A DNA stretch of 64,000 nt, taken from assembly GCA_951406725.2 (NCBI GenBank), contig OX597814.1, positions 124,434,001 through 124,498,000 of the forward strand, given 5' to 3'. A program made the position numbers and the translations under genes. Below are positions 1 to 14,466 of this stretch, one piece after another. The notes below the pieces were generated by a model. That model was not told the origin of the DNA, made no database searches, and worked only from the letters and a program-made list of their open reading frames with translations. The number at the start of each line of letters is the position of its first letter. Position 1 is the first letter of the stretch. The DNA comes from Octopus vulgaris (taxonomy: Eukaryota).

Positions 1-167
1 ATTTTATTCAATTATAATATATTATCTTATAATATATCATTATAAGATTGTAAATAAAACGTGAAAATCAGACAAGGTTGGAATTCTTTATTAATATATT
101 CTTCTATACACAATCACACACACCCATATATATATATATCTATATATATATATATATATATATATGT

Positions 168-367
168 TGATTCGCTAGCTTCTGCACGCATTTTTTCCTC
201 TCCTTGTTTCTCTCCGTGTTTCTTTTCTGTGTATCTTTCTGTTGAAGAGCGTAGGCTCGAAACGTAAAAGACTTGTTTTATTTATATTCCTGAGCGCCAT
301 ACTAATACAATTGTTTGTTTGTATTCCACCTGCCTTCGTCTTTTGTTTATTTTCATAAAGATTACCG

Positions 368-369
<2 letters not shown>
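168..369 (+). mobile_element. Short non-autonomous PLE-type element (family A) with a minimal hammerhead motif at 234-271
   Basis: TCTTT-CTGTTGAA-GAGC-GTAG-GCTC-GAAAC-GTA-AAAGA: stem I TCTTT/AAAGA, stem II GAGC/GCTC. Related copies at 21225, 48015 and 56780. (TA)n on both sides. Confidence 0.7.
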
Positions 370-414
<45 letters not shown>

Positions 415-884
415 TGCATACATACATTTATACATACATATGTGTATGTATACGCATACGCATGTGCGCACGCGTACACATGTATTATCAGGTTTGATCT
501 GACTAATCTTCTCACACGGTTACATATATCAAGTACGGCATTTTATTGCTGTCACAAAACACCATCATAAGAGTTTTGCTATGCATTCACTATCTCGTTT
601 TAAGATAGTACAGATAACAAAGCAGCGCGCATTAACCTGACAAATAAGTTAACTGCACCGTTTTTGTTTTCACAACATCTTCAGCTCTATACCCTTAGTT
701 ACCACAAAACACAATTTCTTTAGAATCACTTACAAATTATTCTCACCGCAACAGACTCGCACAGAAACGAAGAAATGAAAACATTTTCAAAAACTTTAAA
801 GGAATGAAGAACAACGAAATGAGACCTAGCAACAAAAGGAGTCAAAGTTTTAGATATTCAACAGTACCACAATCACACACTTTT

Positions 885-1122
885 GCGCGCATGACGCTTC
901 GTCAACGAAGAAGAGGTGATGAGGAGCTTCAGTGCAGGAGTTGCCCGCCTCGATGGACATGAACCTGTATCAGTTCAGGATCAAAGAGCTGGCAGGAAGG
1001 TGGCTTCAGACGGTGGAACACGAAGGCATCTACTTTGAATGCTAGGTTGCTTTTGTTGTAAACTTGACGAATGAAGCAAATAAGTTACTAAAATATTGTA
1101 AAACTTTTGACTCAACGCAATA
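885..1122 (+). mobile_element. Mariner transposase C-terminal remnant
   Basis: One frame reads FVNEEEV...IKELAGRWLQTVEHEGIYFEC*, matching the mariner terminal motif GIxKLxxRWxxxIxxxGxYFE. Confidence 0.5.
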
Positions 1123-1267
1123 AATTTATAAAATAAAAGAGAAATTACTGATAGCAAATAAATAAAGGCACAGAAGAGCAGAAAATGTGTTAACATTTGT
1201 ATTCAACATAAAACACCAAAATATCAGTATATCACTATACAGAGAGCTATGAGCTATAACAGTGAGG

Positions 1268-1352
1268 AATAACAACAGCAGCAACAACAGCAGCAGCAGC
1301 CGCAACAACAGCAGCAGCAGCCGCAACAACAGCAGCAGCAGCCGCAACAACG
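1268..1352. repeat. Compound (CAA/CAG/CCG) trinucleotide repeat
   Basis: Repeated aacaacagcagcagcagccgc units. Confidence 0.85.
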
Positions 1353-1635
1353 AAAATAGGTGATACCACACTCAGTGTCATAGTAACAACCGTAAATTCT
1401 ATATTCACATTGCGATACCAACGAAACACTCTTATCAGAAATTTATCGAAAAAATGTCCACAAAATAAATAAATAAAATAAAAATATAACAAAATAAAAG
1501 AAAAACACAAATAAGGCCGGAATGTAAAAACGAAAATATATGACTTCTACCCATGATTTTTACTCCTCTTTGCATCAGTTACTTGTACCTAAATAGCTAT
1601 GGAGAATTCTAGACCCTGAAAAGCCTTAGGGCAGG

Positions 1636-1930
<295 letters not shown>

Positions 1931-3265
1931 GGGCCTGCAATAATCACTAAAATCATTAAAATCTACAACTGCTCTTATCAACTACCGACTACTTATATGC
2001 CATAGGACTGCTCCAGCATGGCTTTTCGAAGTTACATAACAACAGTAAATTCATGTGCCATCACTGTTAAATTCCCAGAGAGTGGGCGCTGGACAAAATC
2101 ATAAGAATTCTAAAGTTACAGGAAAACTCAAGTGAAGGAGTTTCTCATGTAACCATTATCTTTGATATCACACGCCCCTAGAGTCTGCACGCCAAACATG
2201 GAATTCAGGTTACTACGGTAACATTCAAACTGCTGAAAAACCTAACAAAGAAACATTTTTAAATGGCTTCAAGAACAACAACGACAGCAAAAATGGCCTA
2301 CACGTAAACTCTAACTGCTAGTGATCAGGGCCACCTTAGTAGGATTAAAGATCCCCGGGAAAGTCAATGCACTGAGCCCTCTGATATTTATTTATTGACA
2401 GCACTTCACAACTTACATGTATCAAAATTAGACCTGTAAACCTGTGGGTTCCCCGGGTAACTGCTCAGTGTGCCATGCCTTAAAACGTTACTGGCACTGA
2501 CATTAATAAAGGTTTCGATTCCATAAAGCCGCTATCTAGTCTTACTATAAAGTACTCAACACCATCGTAAGTAACTACACAAAACGCTGGTTAGGAAACT
2601 ACTTGTCTGGCCAGCATACCTATTTACGGTATTAGAACAACACTCCCAGAATGTACAATATCTCTGATGAAGTACTCCAGTGATTTCTCTTATTATAGAG
2701 CCTTTTCAGCCTATATCTACTCAATTTCCAGGAAACATACAGCTTCATACGCAGTGGCATTACACCCAATCTTCAAACACTGCTGCATGACTACTCCAAC
2801 CTTACTTGAAACAACTAAATACTTGGCCCCACGACTCACTTAAAGCACCACTCACCAAATCCACTGCCTTCCTTCTTTCGAGCAACAACGGAGAGCATCT
2901 ATTGATAATATAAACAACCACCACTCTCAAGAACAGAACTATACTACACACGTATACAGACCACCTACTTAAAACGTAAAAGCTATTAAAAATAAATTGC
3001 AAACGTATGTATGTATGTATGTATGTATGTATGTATGTATGTATGTATGTATGTATGTATGTATGTATGTATGTATGTATGTATGTATGTATGTATATAT
3101 GTATTATGTATATGTGCGTGTGTGCGTGTATACAAATGTGTATATATCTATGTATGAGTATGTCTATGCATATATGTGTAATACATATATGTAGACATCT
3201 GGTAAATATATATAAAGCTTATGTATATGTACAGAGAGGGAAAGTGAGGGGGAAAGTGTGTGTGA

Positions 3266-3302
<37 letters not shown>

Positions 3303-4138
3303 GTATTGTTTGAAGACGCCAAATCTAAATACAATTTAGTTGCACACAGCTGTTTATGTAAAGGCAGGAGTGACTACCCAACAATAAATATTTCGCTATC
3401 AATAATATATAAAGCTTATTAAGTAAAACATGCTACAACATAAACATGTAGATAACCAAATGAGATGCGAATACTGAAGCCAATTATATGCACATATCAC
3501 TTCAGGGCCAGTACATTGAATTTCTGGTATATGTGTTAAGTCGTATCTATCTGTGGAATACGAAGGTAACTAACAACAGCCACCCGTGTAACATTATCAG
3601 CGAGAGTAAAGCATAGAATATACATTGCTTCTACACATTTTATATAAGCTTGGTTCTACGGCGTGAAATCAGATCACATGAAGGAATAATAAAATGTTTT
3701 CTGGTGCCAACCATATAATTTTAACGGGTAGACGCATGCTACGGCGTCGGTATCTACTCTTTATTTCAGATAGAAGCAACATTGGGTTTCACCTCATACA
3801 ATATTATAAATTTACGTGTTACAGCAATAAGTTATTAATGACAATGATAGTAATAAAAATATATGGGTTACTTCCACCATACATAAACAAGGTGAACAAC
3901 CAGAAAACTAGATGATGATTACGGATAAAGGTTTATTTTCAAAATGGCAAATCAAAATATAACCCAATGCACATTTAAGTTTATGTAAATGAGTGCACAG
4001 CAATAAATATGAAGCTATCACTAATGCATCATATTCCAGAACCAAATAAAATACAAATATGATACTATGTACCGATATACAGGTTCGCAAGTTAAATTTG
4101 TCAAGAAAGCAAATAATGTCCAGTAAAATCCAAAAATA

Positions 4139-5422
4139 TCAGGTCATCCCATAAGTTTTGTCCGAATTTTGAATAAAGAAAACAAGGGATCAAATGTTAT
4201 ATTTAATTGAAATTTAATCATCAATGTACTTTCCCTGATTATCTATGACTTCCGTCCATCTATTTACAAGCTTTTTAATCCCATCAATGTAAAACTCTTT
4301 TGGTTTCAAAGCGAAGAACTCTGAAATGTCAGTTTCGACCTCTTCCTAGCTTGCGAAAGTTATGTCCCCCAAATGATTCTGTAAACTACGAAACAAAATG
4401 TAGTGTGAAAAAGCAAGGTTGGGAGAATAAGGTGGATGGGAATTTTTTCCCACCAAGCTCTTCGATCTTCCGTGATGTGATCTTTGCAGTGTGAGGTTGC
4501 ACATTGTCCTGATGAAACATCACTCCTTTTAGATTCACTAAAGCGGGTATTTTTCTCTTCAAAACTTCGTTCAAACTCTCTAATTGCTGACAATAGACTT
4601 GGGCACTGATTGTTGCATTAGTTGGTAACAATTCAAAGTGAATTACTCCTTTGCAATCCCACCAGATAGAGAGAAGAACCTTTTTTCCATGAAGTTCTCT
4701 TCTCTCTTGTGGTTGAGCTTTTTCCCTCTTACCAAGCCACTGTTTACGGCGTTTAACATTTCGATAGAAGATCCATTTTTCGTCATCAATCACAAGTCAA
4801 AGGGTGAAATGGGTTCGCGAGAATTGGAGAGAAGAGCAGATGTCAACTCGGGACTTGCAGTTGCTTTCGGACAATTCATGAGGCACCCATTTTCCAAGTT
4901 TAGGAACCTTTCCAAGTTGTTGAAGATGACGATGAACAATTGTATGGTTTGAACTAAGCTTTATTGCCAATTCTTCAACTGATAATGCAGGATTTTCTTC
5001 AAGTAATGCCTCAAGGAGCTTATCATCAAACTCAACTGGACGTCCTGTTCAATCTTCATCGTCAAGGCTGAAATCTTCACTTCTGAATTTTGCAAACCAT
5101 CTTCTGCAAGTTCTTTCATTCAAGCATTCTTTCCCATAAACTAAATGTATATTTCGAGTCGCTTCGGCTGCTGAGTTTCCTTTTTTGTACTTATAAAGCA
5201 TTATGTGCCTCAAATTCTCTTTGAATACTTCTATGTTAGAAAGGGTTTTAATCAAAGAAATTTTAACTCTATTATTCTGTAAAATAATATTTAATTAGTT
5301 TAAATGTACAAAAATGCATAAAAATAATTTTTAATTCCATTAGACTTTCTAAAATACTATTAAATTTATTTTATTCAATTTAAAAAAAGGGAAAGTCGGA
5401 TAGAACTTATGGGATGACCTGA
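4139..5422 (-). mobile_element. Full-length degenerate mariner transposon with TIRs and TA target duplication
   Basis: TIRs TCAGGTCATCCCATAAGTT / AACTTATGGGATGACCTGA, flanked by TA. Minus-strand fragments: HTH (RTCRRWFAKFRS), DEKW, LSIWWD, HQDN. Frameshifted; YSPDL region partly deleted. Confidence 0.92.
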
Positions 5423-6173
5423 TAGAATAACTAATCCCTGACATGCAATTATTACATACATACTCATAAAAGTAAAAGAATTCGTGCTCTACACTAAGAA
5501 ACTCGCTTGACTGAATACATACAAGCCATAACATTCTGAAATCTCACTTGATCATGTGTAAACAACCAAGAACGTTGGAACGAATATTTTGCAATTCCTC
5601 ATTCAATTCAATTAAAACCTATATATACTCTTGGTTGCGTTTTCCTAAAGCACAACCTGCTCCTACTTATTTGGACATGAACTCGCCGGGATGTATCTGA
5701 CTGAGCATACGAAATGTTCACTAGGTAGTCAATACCCGTAGATAACAGTTCCATACTGTCTTTCTCTTCAAGATTGTGAAAGCTTACCATAGCGTTTGAT
5801 CTAAATGCAGTGAAATTTTAAGACTTCATTTTTTTATGGCATATATGGGTTTCTCCTAAATTATTATTCGCCATATCTAGCCCCATCCATATACATGCAT
5901 GTATTCATAGATCTCGTAACAGTAACATCGAAGTTTCGTCAGAAGTGGTTTAATCAGACTGTACGAAGTACTTTCGTTGTATCGGTTGTATTGCAGAGTT
6001 TAGTGAACTGGGAGTTTACGTAAGAGTGTTTGGTGCTGTAAACGACGCCATGAACACACACGGTCTTCTAAATCCTTGTATTTAAATTATTAATGTAGTC
6101 TGAATCTACACTTCTAGTATACTATTTTTTTTTTCAGTAAACTTGTTTTATCTTATGATAAATTCTCTCACAG

Positions 6174-6366
6174 AAGGCGACGAGCTGGCAGAAACGTTAG
6201 CACGCCGGGGCGAAATGCTTAGCTGTCTTTACGTTCTGAGTTCAAATTCCGCCGAGGTCGACTTTGTCTTTCATCCTTTCGGGTCGATAAATTAAGTACC
6301 AGTTGCGTACTGAGTCGATCTAATCGACTGGTCCCCAATCGGGCCTTATGCCTAGAATAGAAAAGA
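6174..6366 (+). mobile_element. tRNA-type SINE (family with Meta-like domain TTTCATCCTTTCGGGGTCGATAAATTAAGTACCAG)
   Basis: A-box-like GAGCTGGCAGAA and B-box GAGTTCAAATTCC; multiple copies at 60155-64000. Confidence 0.8.
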
Positions 6367-6667
6367 AATGTCAGGATGCAGTCGAAAAACCTAAACGGTG
6401 TTGTGACAAAATTAGAAAGAATTATTTATTCTCTCTCTCTCTCCTTGTGTGTGTGTGTGTCTGTGTGTGTGTGTATTGATACGTACACCTTGATTGATTT
6501 TTTGCAGTTGTTATTCCGTTTATATTATAATCTCTCACTCTATATCTCATACATATACAGATGTCCGTATATGTATGTATGTACACGTTTATGTATGTGT
6601 GTGTATGTAGTTATGAATATATAGAGAGAGACGTATGTATATGTATCTATGTTTATGCACACACACA

Positions 6668-6755
<88 letters not shown>

Positions 6756-7581
6756 GAGGATGTTCGGGCTAAATTTGAGGAATTTTTTTCTCTTGGATTT
6801 TTAGGCACAGCTTGATGTAACTGAACAATCTACGGCTTTGGAGAGAATAAAGACTAAAGTTTTCCTTCAGAGAATGTTAGCTGACATGGAGGAGTGGAAA
6901 CAATCTGAATTGCGGAAATGAGTTCCCACTTATCAATGACTGTTGCTCAATGCTCTGTGATTACTGTAAATTCTGTAAGACATGATATGGAAAGCTGCAA
7001 TAGAAACTACGAAGCCGTGGCCAGCGGAGAGGGACACGGTAGGCTTTCTGACCGCGTCTGCAAGGTGGAGTTAATTTCCTCATCTTTTAATAGGACCTTA
7101 GGATCTATTCATGGGGTTACGTGGAGCTGCTGGAGACTGGACAATTCCTGGCTGGAGAAGGTTACTGCTGTAAGTCATATTTGTAGCAGCAAGATCCTGT
7201 TCTTTGTCGCTCCTCCGGAAAGAATCAAACTGAGTTGATGGAGAATTTCTACGATTTCACCATGATCCGTTCCTGGCCACCTAATCCCGCTGATAGTAAT
7301 CACATGGATTACTATATGTGGGGCGCGGTTGAGAGAGATGCACTCGCTCTAACTGTAGCACCAAGTCCGGGCTGGTGGCCAAGATCAAGGAAGTTTCGAA
7401 GATCTTCTAAGGGACACAATGGGGAACGTATACACCAGGTTTCGGGGCCGCCTTGGGGCCGTGGTGGATGCTGAGGGCTACTTTGAATAAATTATTATCT
7501 CCCAGCAATAATTGTTTTGGATAGGATATTGTGTTTTTTTTTCCTTGTATGCAAACTATCAAATTTAGCCCGAACACCCTG
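6756..7581 (+). mobile_element. Internally deleted maT/Tc1-type (IS630-Tc1-mariner) transposon
   Basis: TIRs (G/C)AGG(A/G)TGTTCGGGCTAAATTTGA / TCAAATTTAGCCCGAACACCCTG with TA flanks; WPPNPADSNHMDYYMWG resembles WPPxSPDLNPLDYxxW. Confidence 0.8.
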
Positions 7582-7949
7582 TATAATATGCCTATATATG
7601 TGTGTATATGTCTGCGTATATCTCTCAACCATTTATGTCAGCAAAGAACATAAACGTCGCTCATAAAACCGAATCCTGATGCATTATGAGCGAAATCCCT
7701 TAACATATTTGTTATGCACCTTGTCTGACATATCTTCGTGTTTCTCCTCTATACAGTGAACCAATGATTTTCCCCATTGGAAATCTGTAACTAATGATGC
7801 TATTGTTCACAAATATCAATATAAAATAAGTACTGCATTATTTAATATTGCTATAGAGCATACTAGATATAAATGGAAAGACAAAGCCAAGACAACAACC
7901 CGATTCAATAAAATATTGGTATCTAATATGACATAATTTTGTCAGCGTT

Positions 7950-9030
7950 TATCTCCCCACTCTACATCCTCAGAACATCATTAGATTATCACTTCTCTAA
8001 TGTTTGAGTCCTGGAATTGTATTCTTAAGGAGAGGAGATAAAAACCTTGTTAAAACTGAGACTTGTTTAACGAGGTGAAATGGCGTAAGTAATGCAATCT
8101 AAATATAACAACTCAGAAGGGGGCCCAAGTTTGTGTTAAGCTGTCATTAATTTTATGTTAACATATTTGCTTTGATCGTTGTACCCTGGGATGCAATGCA
8201 ATTTAGCAGCAAAACCTATCCCTGTGAAATATTTATCGATGCTGTTCACCCAGAATTTATAGCCGCTAGTGTATGTTTTAAATTTTTCTTTTAAACAAAA
8301 TATAGTTCAATAGTTTAACATGTTAACATATTAAAATACTCTTTTTCATGCGAATGACATTTCCAAGTGATATGTTCTGTAAATAATTCTATTTTTCTCT
8401 TATTCAAAGCAACGTTCACAGCATTGTATAATTTCTTAGTGATTCTCCCATCATAACTTTGGCGCGTACGAGGAAATATGTGTTTCACTGTTGAAGAAAT
8501 ACATTAAAATATGGCCAGAGTTATCTCTTATACGTACTACAATAATATCAGTCAATGATTATAGTTTCCCTTCAGTACATAATTTCCAGTTAGTTTTTTA
8601 GAGTTCCCTGCTGCATATATGTTAACCCCGATTTAACTAACAGCGTCGTTCGTGTTGTGCAGTATTTATCCTAATATTGTCTTTGTCACTGCTGATCCTC
8701 TGCGCTTATCCAACTGAAATTGTTACATCGGATTGGTTGTCATCTTAAACAGATACAATTATGTTGTTACATGCAAAGCGCACGCAATAACATTAGTCTA
8801 ACAATGACATCACATCTCCGTGAAACAAATTGGTTAATTCTGGTTGTTAAACGTGAATTGTGTCAAACACCATTTACTATGTTTATTCCCGTATTTGTTG
8901 TCAAATCAAAATCCTTTCTCATAGAGTCTGGAATAAAAGCTGTGATGAGGAAATCACTACGGAAATATACACAATTGTCCTCTGATTTGAGTAACAGAAA
9001 CAAAGAATTATTTAAAGAATATATTTTTTA
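7950..9030 (-). mobile_element. Possible hAT (Charlie/ZBED-like) transposase remnant
   Basis: Minus-strand fragments resembling xFQLDxxxD and HCIxxxxxxKA; heavily degraded. Confidence 0.35.
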
Positions 9031-9037
9031 AAGAATA

Positions 9038-10329
9038 CTAGCAGAGATACCCGGTGTTGCCCGGTTACATTCAATTGAAGAATTAGACTTCTCTGTTATA
9101 TTTTCTGTAATGAACTGGAATATCTATGTTTCGAATTTCATCAAAATTGAAGATGAGGGTTATTTCCCTCTTTACACACCCTAAAAAAATTGTAATCGTG
9201 CCACATGTATCCCATACTACTGATTTTTATGCCAATATTAAAAAATTCCAGTCTTATTGAACCTGTTAAAAAGATTTTGCTCCTGAAAAATGAAGGTCAT
9301 GGAGCTCTAAAATGTGAAAGTTTAGGTCCCTGTTGGGGGTGGGCATCTTAATGTCAACCAGAGAAGTTGAATTGTTGAAAATCTTTTTAACTTGTTTGAA
9401 TTTCTTTGAAATAGGAAATATATGTTCACTGGGTTTGTAAAAGAGAGCAAAGCTACAGGAAACCAAAAGACGAATGATCACAATAAGCAGTCAGTTACCC
9501 TACCCTAGTCGTTACCACTCCCAATCTAGGATTCCTCACCATCAAGGTGACAGGCACAGCCGTAAGATGCATTACGAATCTATAGCAATTGGAAGGGCGT
9601 GATCCAACTGTAATCAATATTAACAACTGTGTGACGTGAGGGCTTAGAAGAAATTAAAGAGTCACCTTTGGAGTTTTCAAATGACCACTATACTGATACG
9701 TAACTGGACAGAATACATTTAAAATCTATAAATGTCTTTGAATAACCAGTCACTAATCTAGGAAGGCCTTGAAATCAATGTTACCATCTGGGAAATATGT
9801 GTGACCGAGTGATCATAAAAAGACTGAAAGGAGGCCTGCAATCAAATAACTTTACTCAACACTTTGCAACTGAATCAGTGGAGGCAAAGATGCCTCTCGT
9901 TTACTTAACAGTTTATGCACCACATTGCAGAAATCACAATGTAAGTGAATGTCAAAGCAAACTGTTACACTGTTGTACCATTGAATTAGAAATAATGCCC
10001 AACTTTTATGCTCGGGTAACCCTACAGCTTCCAAGAGCACAACTGTATTCGTTTTTGCTTAGATAAAATGACAAAATTGTGGGTGTTAAGTCCCCGTGGA
10101 GGGGGTCTTTCTAACTTTGTAAGTAGATGAAATTTTATAAATATTACTTCATTTGTGTCTAATATCTTGGTTAAAATTTCATCAACAGCAAAAATATATG
10201 AATTGTCATGGGGGTTATACTTACAATATAATTTCCAAATTTCATAAAGATCCATTCAGTACTTTTAACCTAGTTTTGGATCATAAAAGAAATGACTAAA
10301 ATTTGGGAGTTAAGGCTCCCATTAGGGGG

Positions 10330-10330
<1 letters not shown>
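9038..10330 (-). mobile_element. Non-autonomous Helitron-like element (extent uncertain)
   Basis: Minus strand ends ...CCGGGCAACACCGGG-TATCTCTG-CTAG|T (hairpin plus CTAG at 9038); AAATTTCAT...GATCC motifs near 9135 and 10240. Confidence 0.45.
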
Positions 10331-10382
<52 letters not shown>

Positions 10383-10701
10383 TAGATAGATAGATATAGA
10401 TATAGATATAGATACACACACACACACACACACAAAGATAAATTGATAGATACAACTGAGTGGGCAGACAAAAATATGAGATACAGCCTTGTGCTTTTTT
10501 ATGTTGATAAGCCTAGTACTTATTCTATTAGTTTGTTCTTGTGAAACCAGTAAGTTATGTGGATGTAAATAAATGAACAGGAGTTGTGAAGCAGTGATGA
10601 GGGTGAAACACAGAGACAAAGACACACACATACACTTACATATATACATACATATATATACGATTGATTTGTTTCAGTTCCTGTCTACGAAATCCGTATA
10701 T

Positions 10702-13187
10702 ATTGTTGTTGGCATCCTTTTTATCTCGGGAGACAATGGAGTTGCGCATAAAATAATTTAGTCCGGCTTTTACATTTCATGTCTTAATACATCTCCTGCT
10801 GTGGCTGTGTAGTCCTATCCTGGACAAACACTCCCTCTGGCAGGTACCGCAAATGTAGCGAAGACTTTGCCTGGCTGGTTGTAATGTCATACTTTCTTGT
10901 TGACGTCTTTTCTTGTCTTTCCATTTCTCCTCTCCCTCTATGTCACTCCTTTGTGTTCCCTCTTTTACGGTACGACACCAATATCCACGGTTGCTGGCAA
11001 CTGCGTCCCAGTTGGTAATATTGATCATCTTTGTTGGGGACATGATTCTGCCATTTGATGCGAAGGATTTTCCGGAGGCAGCGCAGGTGAAAGATATTTA
11101 GCGACGTATGGCGTCGTATGGCGTGTGTATGGCGTCCAAGTCTCACTTCCATACAATAGAGTGCTAAGAAGACATGCTTGGTAAATCTTCATTTTTTTGG
11201 TCTTGCTCAGCTTTTTGTTGTCCCATGCCCGTTTGGAGAGTTGGATAATCACAGCAGCTGCCTTGCCAATACGTATATTGAGCTCAGTATCAATGGATAG
11301 GTTGTAGGTGACAGTAGAGCCAAGATAGGTAACCTTCTCCACATCCTGCAGTCTGTGGTCTCCAATATGTATGTTTGGGATGGTCGAAGTAGCCTGACCC
11401 ATAATGTTGGTCTTCTTGAGGCTGAAAACTAAGCCAAAGTTGCCACATGATTGCTCAAAACAGTTGATGAGACTTTGTAGGGCTTCTTCTCTGTGTGATA
11501 CCAGAGCGGCATCATCAGCAAATAGCATCTCCTTGATCAGGACGCTTCTGATTTTGGTCTTGGCACGCAGATGCGAGAGATTTAACAGTTCTCCATCACA
11601 TGATGTCTCAAAGGCATGTGACAGCAGCAGCGAGAAAAAGATGCCAAATAATGTAGGAGCGAGGACACAACCTTGCTTTACTCCGTTTTTTATTTGGAAG
11701 GCGGCTGATGTTGAACCATTGTGCTGTATGGTGCCTTGCATATCATCATGGAAAGATTTGATGATCCTTAGCAGCTTTGGTGAACATCCGATGTTTTGGA
11801 GCAGGATGAAGAGGCCTTTTCTACTTACCAAGTTAAAGGCCTTTGTCAGATCAATGAAGGCCATATATAATGGCATTTTCTGCTCTCTGGACTTCTACTG
11901 GAGTTGGCGTATGGAGAATATCATGTCAATAGTTGATCTGCTTCTTCTAAAGCCACACTGCGATTCTGGATGAATTCGAGAAGCAAGCAGTTGCAGCCTG
12001 GACAGGATAATGCGAGCAGAAGCCTTTCCAACAGTGCTTAGAAGAGATATTCCACGGTAATTGTTACAATCACTACGGTCACCTTTGTTTTTGTAAAGCG
12101 TAATGATGTTAGCATCATGCATATCCTGAGGGACTGTACCCTCTTCCAAGCACTGACACAGAAACTCATGAATGTGCCGAAGCAGGATGGTGGTTTTGCC
12201 GGCTTTGATGATCTCTAAGGGGATGCCGTCTTTTCCCGGAGCCTTGTTACTTGCTAGAGAGTCAATAGCCTTGTGAGCTCTGCTATAGATGGCAGACTGG
12301 CAAGATATTTACACCCTCGATTGCAGCCTCAGCTACCGTGGTCTCTCGTGAGTAGAGATCCTGGTAGTACTCCACCCATCTATCCATTTGCTTGCTTTGG
12401 TCCTTGATGAGATCTCCAGTAGTTGATTTCAGAGTGGCTGACTTGGTTGCGGATGCATCGAGGGCCTTCTTCAAACCGGCATACATACCACGGGAGTCGC
12501 CACTGTCAGCAGCTGACTGGATACTCTGACAGATTTCCTGCCAATACCTATTTGCACAGCGTCTGGCAGTCAGTAGGGTTTTATTTCTTGCCTTTCTGAG
12601 TTCTTCGAGTGACTTTGTAGAAGAATCACTCTTGTATTACATCAGAGCTGCACGCTTTATTTCGATAATTGTTTCCAGCTCTGAGAGCCCAGCACTGAAC
12701 AAAATCTTGGTTTTGCCTTTCTCTCAAGCCGAAAGTATCTGTTGATGTGGTATACAAAGCTTCCTTGATGTAATTCCACCTACTTTCAGCAGAGGAGGCT
12801 GGGTAGCTACTGAGTACAACTTTGACAGAAACAGCAAAACATTGTCGCAGTGTAGGGTCCGCGGTTCTGGCAGTGTTACTGCGTGATCGGCCCATTTTCT
12901 TGGAGTGATGGACTTTTTTAGGCAGAATCCTTACCCTGCTTCTTATTAAGTGAATGATCTGTGTCACAATCTGCGCTGTGATAACTACGAGTCAGTTGAA
13001 CAGAATTCAGAAGGAATCTTCGTGTAATGATGAGATCCAGATGATGACAGTGGTGAGATCTTGGATGTCTCCAAGATGCCTTGTGGGATATCTTGTTAGC
13101 AAAGAATGTGTTAGTGATGCACAGGTTATTGTATGTGCAAAATTCAAGTAGTCTATGGCCATTGTCATTCATGTTGCCAATACCAAA
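10702..13187 (-). mobile_element. 5'-truncated RTE (BovB-like) LINE, frameshifted
   Basis: End of the endonuclease (SADCDTDH), NYRGISLLS, FIDLTKAF, GVKQGCVLAPTLF, LFADD, C-terminal CGTCQREC-SRIGLHSH, 3' (CAA)n tail. Confidence 0.95.
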
Positions 13188-13252
13188 ACACATACACTTA
13201 CATATATACATATATATACGATTGATTTGTTTCAGTTCCTGTCCACGAAATC

Positions 13253-13332
<80 letters not shown>

Positions 13333-13459
13333 CTGTGTGTATGTGTGTGTGTGTGTGTGTAAACACACACACACACACAAAGATTGATCGATACATACAA
13401 CTGAGTGGGCAAACAAAAATATGAGACACTGCGTAGTGCTGTTTTTATATTTTGATAAA

Positions 13460-13762
13460 CTTGGTACTTATTCTAACAGTTTCTTCTTGTGAAACCAGTA
13501 AGTTATGGGGATGTAAATAAACGAATACCAGTTGTGAAGCAGTGATGAGGAAGAAACACAAAGACACACACATAGACTTACATATATACATACATATACA
13601 TAAGATTGATTTCTTTCAGTTTCTGTCTACAAAATCCACTGGCAAGGCTTTGGTTGGTCTCAGGCTATAGTAGAAGACACAAGCCAAGTTACCGCACAGT
13701 GGGACTGAACTGAGGACCATGTGTTTTGGAACCAAGTTTGTTACCACACAGCGACACTTGCC
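13460..13762 (-). mobile_element. tRNA-type SINE (family with CTTGGGCAAGTGTCTTCTACTATAGCC core), degenerate
   Basis: Matches the copies at 39131, 49725 and 50455. Confidence 0.75.
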
Positions 13763-13944
13763 CTTATGTATGTGTGTGTGTGTGTGTGTATGTGTGTATG
13801 GGTGTATATATGTATGCATATATATATATATATATGTGTACATATTATATGTACATCTATATATATATATATAGATCTAGACATACATGTATACACATAC
13901 ATGTATATCTATAGAAATACATCTATACATATACAGCTATACAT

Positions 13945-13982
<38 letters not shown>

Positions 13983-14466
13983 AATTAATAAATAAAATAA
14001 AACATATGCATATATACATTCATATATGTACGTAGCTACCTCTACATGTATATATACATGCATATATGGGTACAGGACACCAAAAAAACGTCGAACACAA
14101 TGAGAAACGAAAACATAAACACAAAACCAAGGGAACTGGACATTTTTCTTAAACAGCGAAAAAATAGAGTACAGGACAAATAACACAAGGAAAATTCCCC
14201 TTCTTCAGTCGCCATGGTTTCATCTACTCTGCGCTTCGAAGGTGAAGGCGATACGCATCTTCGATTGAAACTTTCCTTCCCGCGAAAAGCAAATTAAATA
14301 AAATTTGAGATCTTTTTGGGGATGGGTAAAAATGGTAACAAAAACAGGACAGTAACGACAGTACAAAATATAAACAGTTAAAGACAGGACAAGGAGAATA
14401 ACAGTAACACAGGCAAGAAGGGCTGTTAAGCCGATCGAGATAAAGTATTACGAATGCTATTATTGA

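Noticed and set aside
1935-2995. Possible degenerate non-LTR RT (DINKGFDSI-like motif near 2500)
   Set aside because: Motifs too decayed to assign by eye.
5608-5790. 60-aa minus-strand ORF in unique sequence
   Set aside because: No recognisable motif or splice support.
11404-11973. 189-aa plus-strand ORF, and similar ORFs at 15370, 32606, 33687, 36975 and 37367
   Set aside because: Antisense shadows of transposon ORFs.
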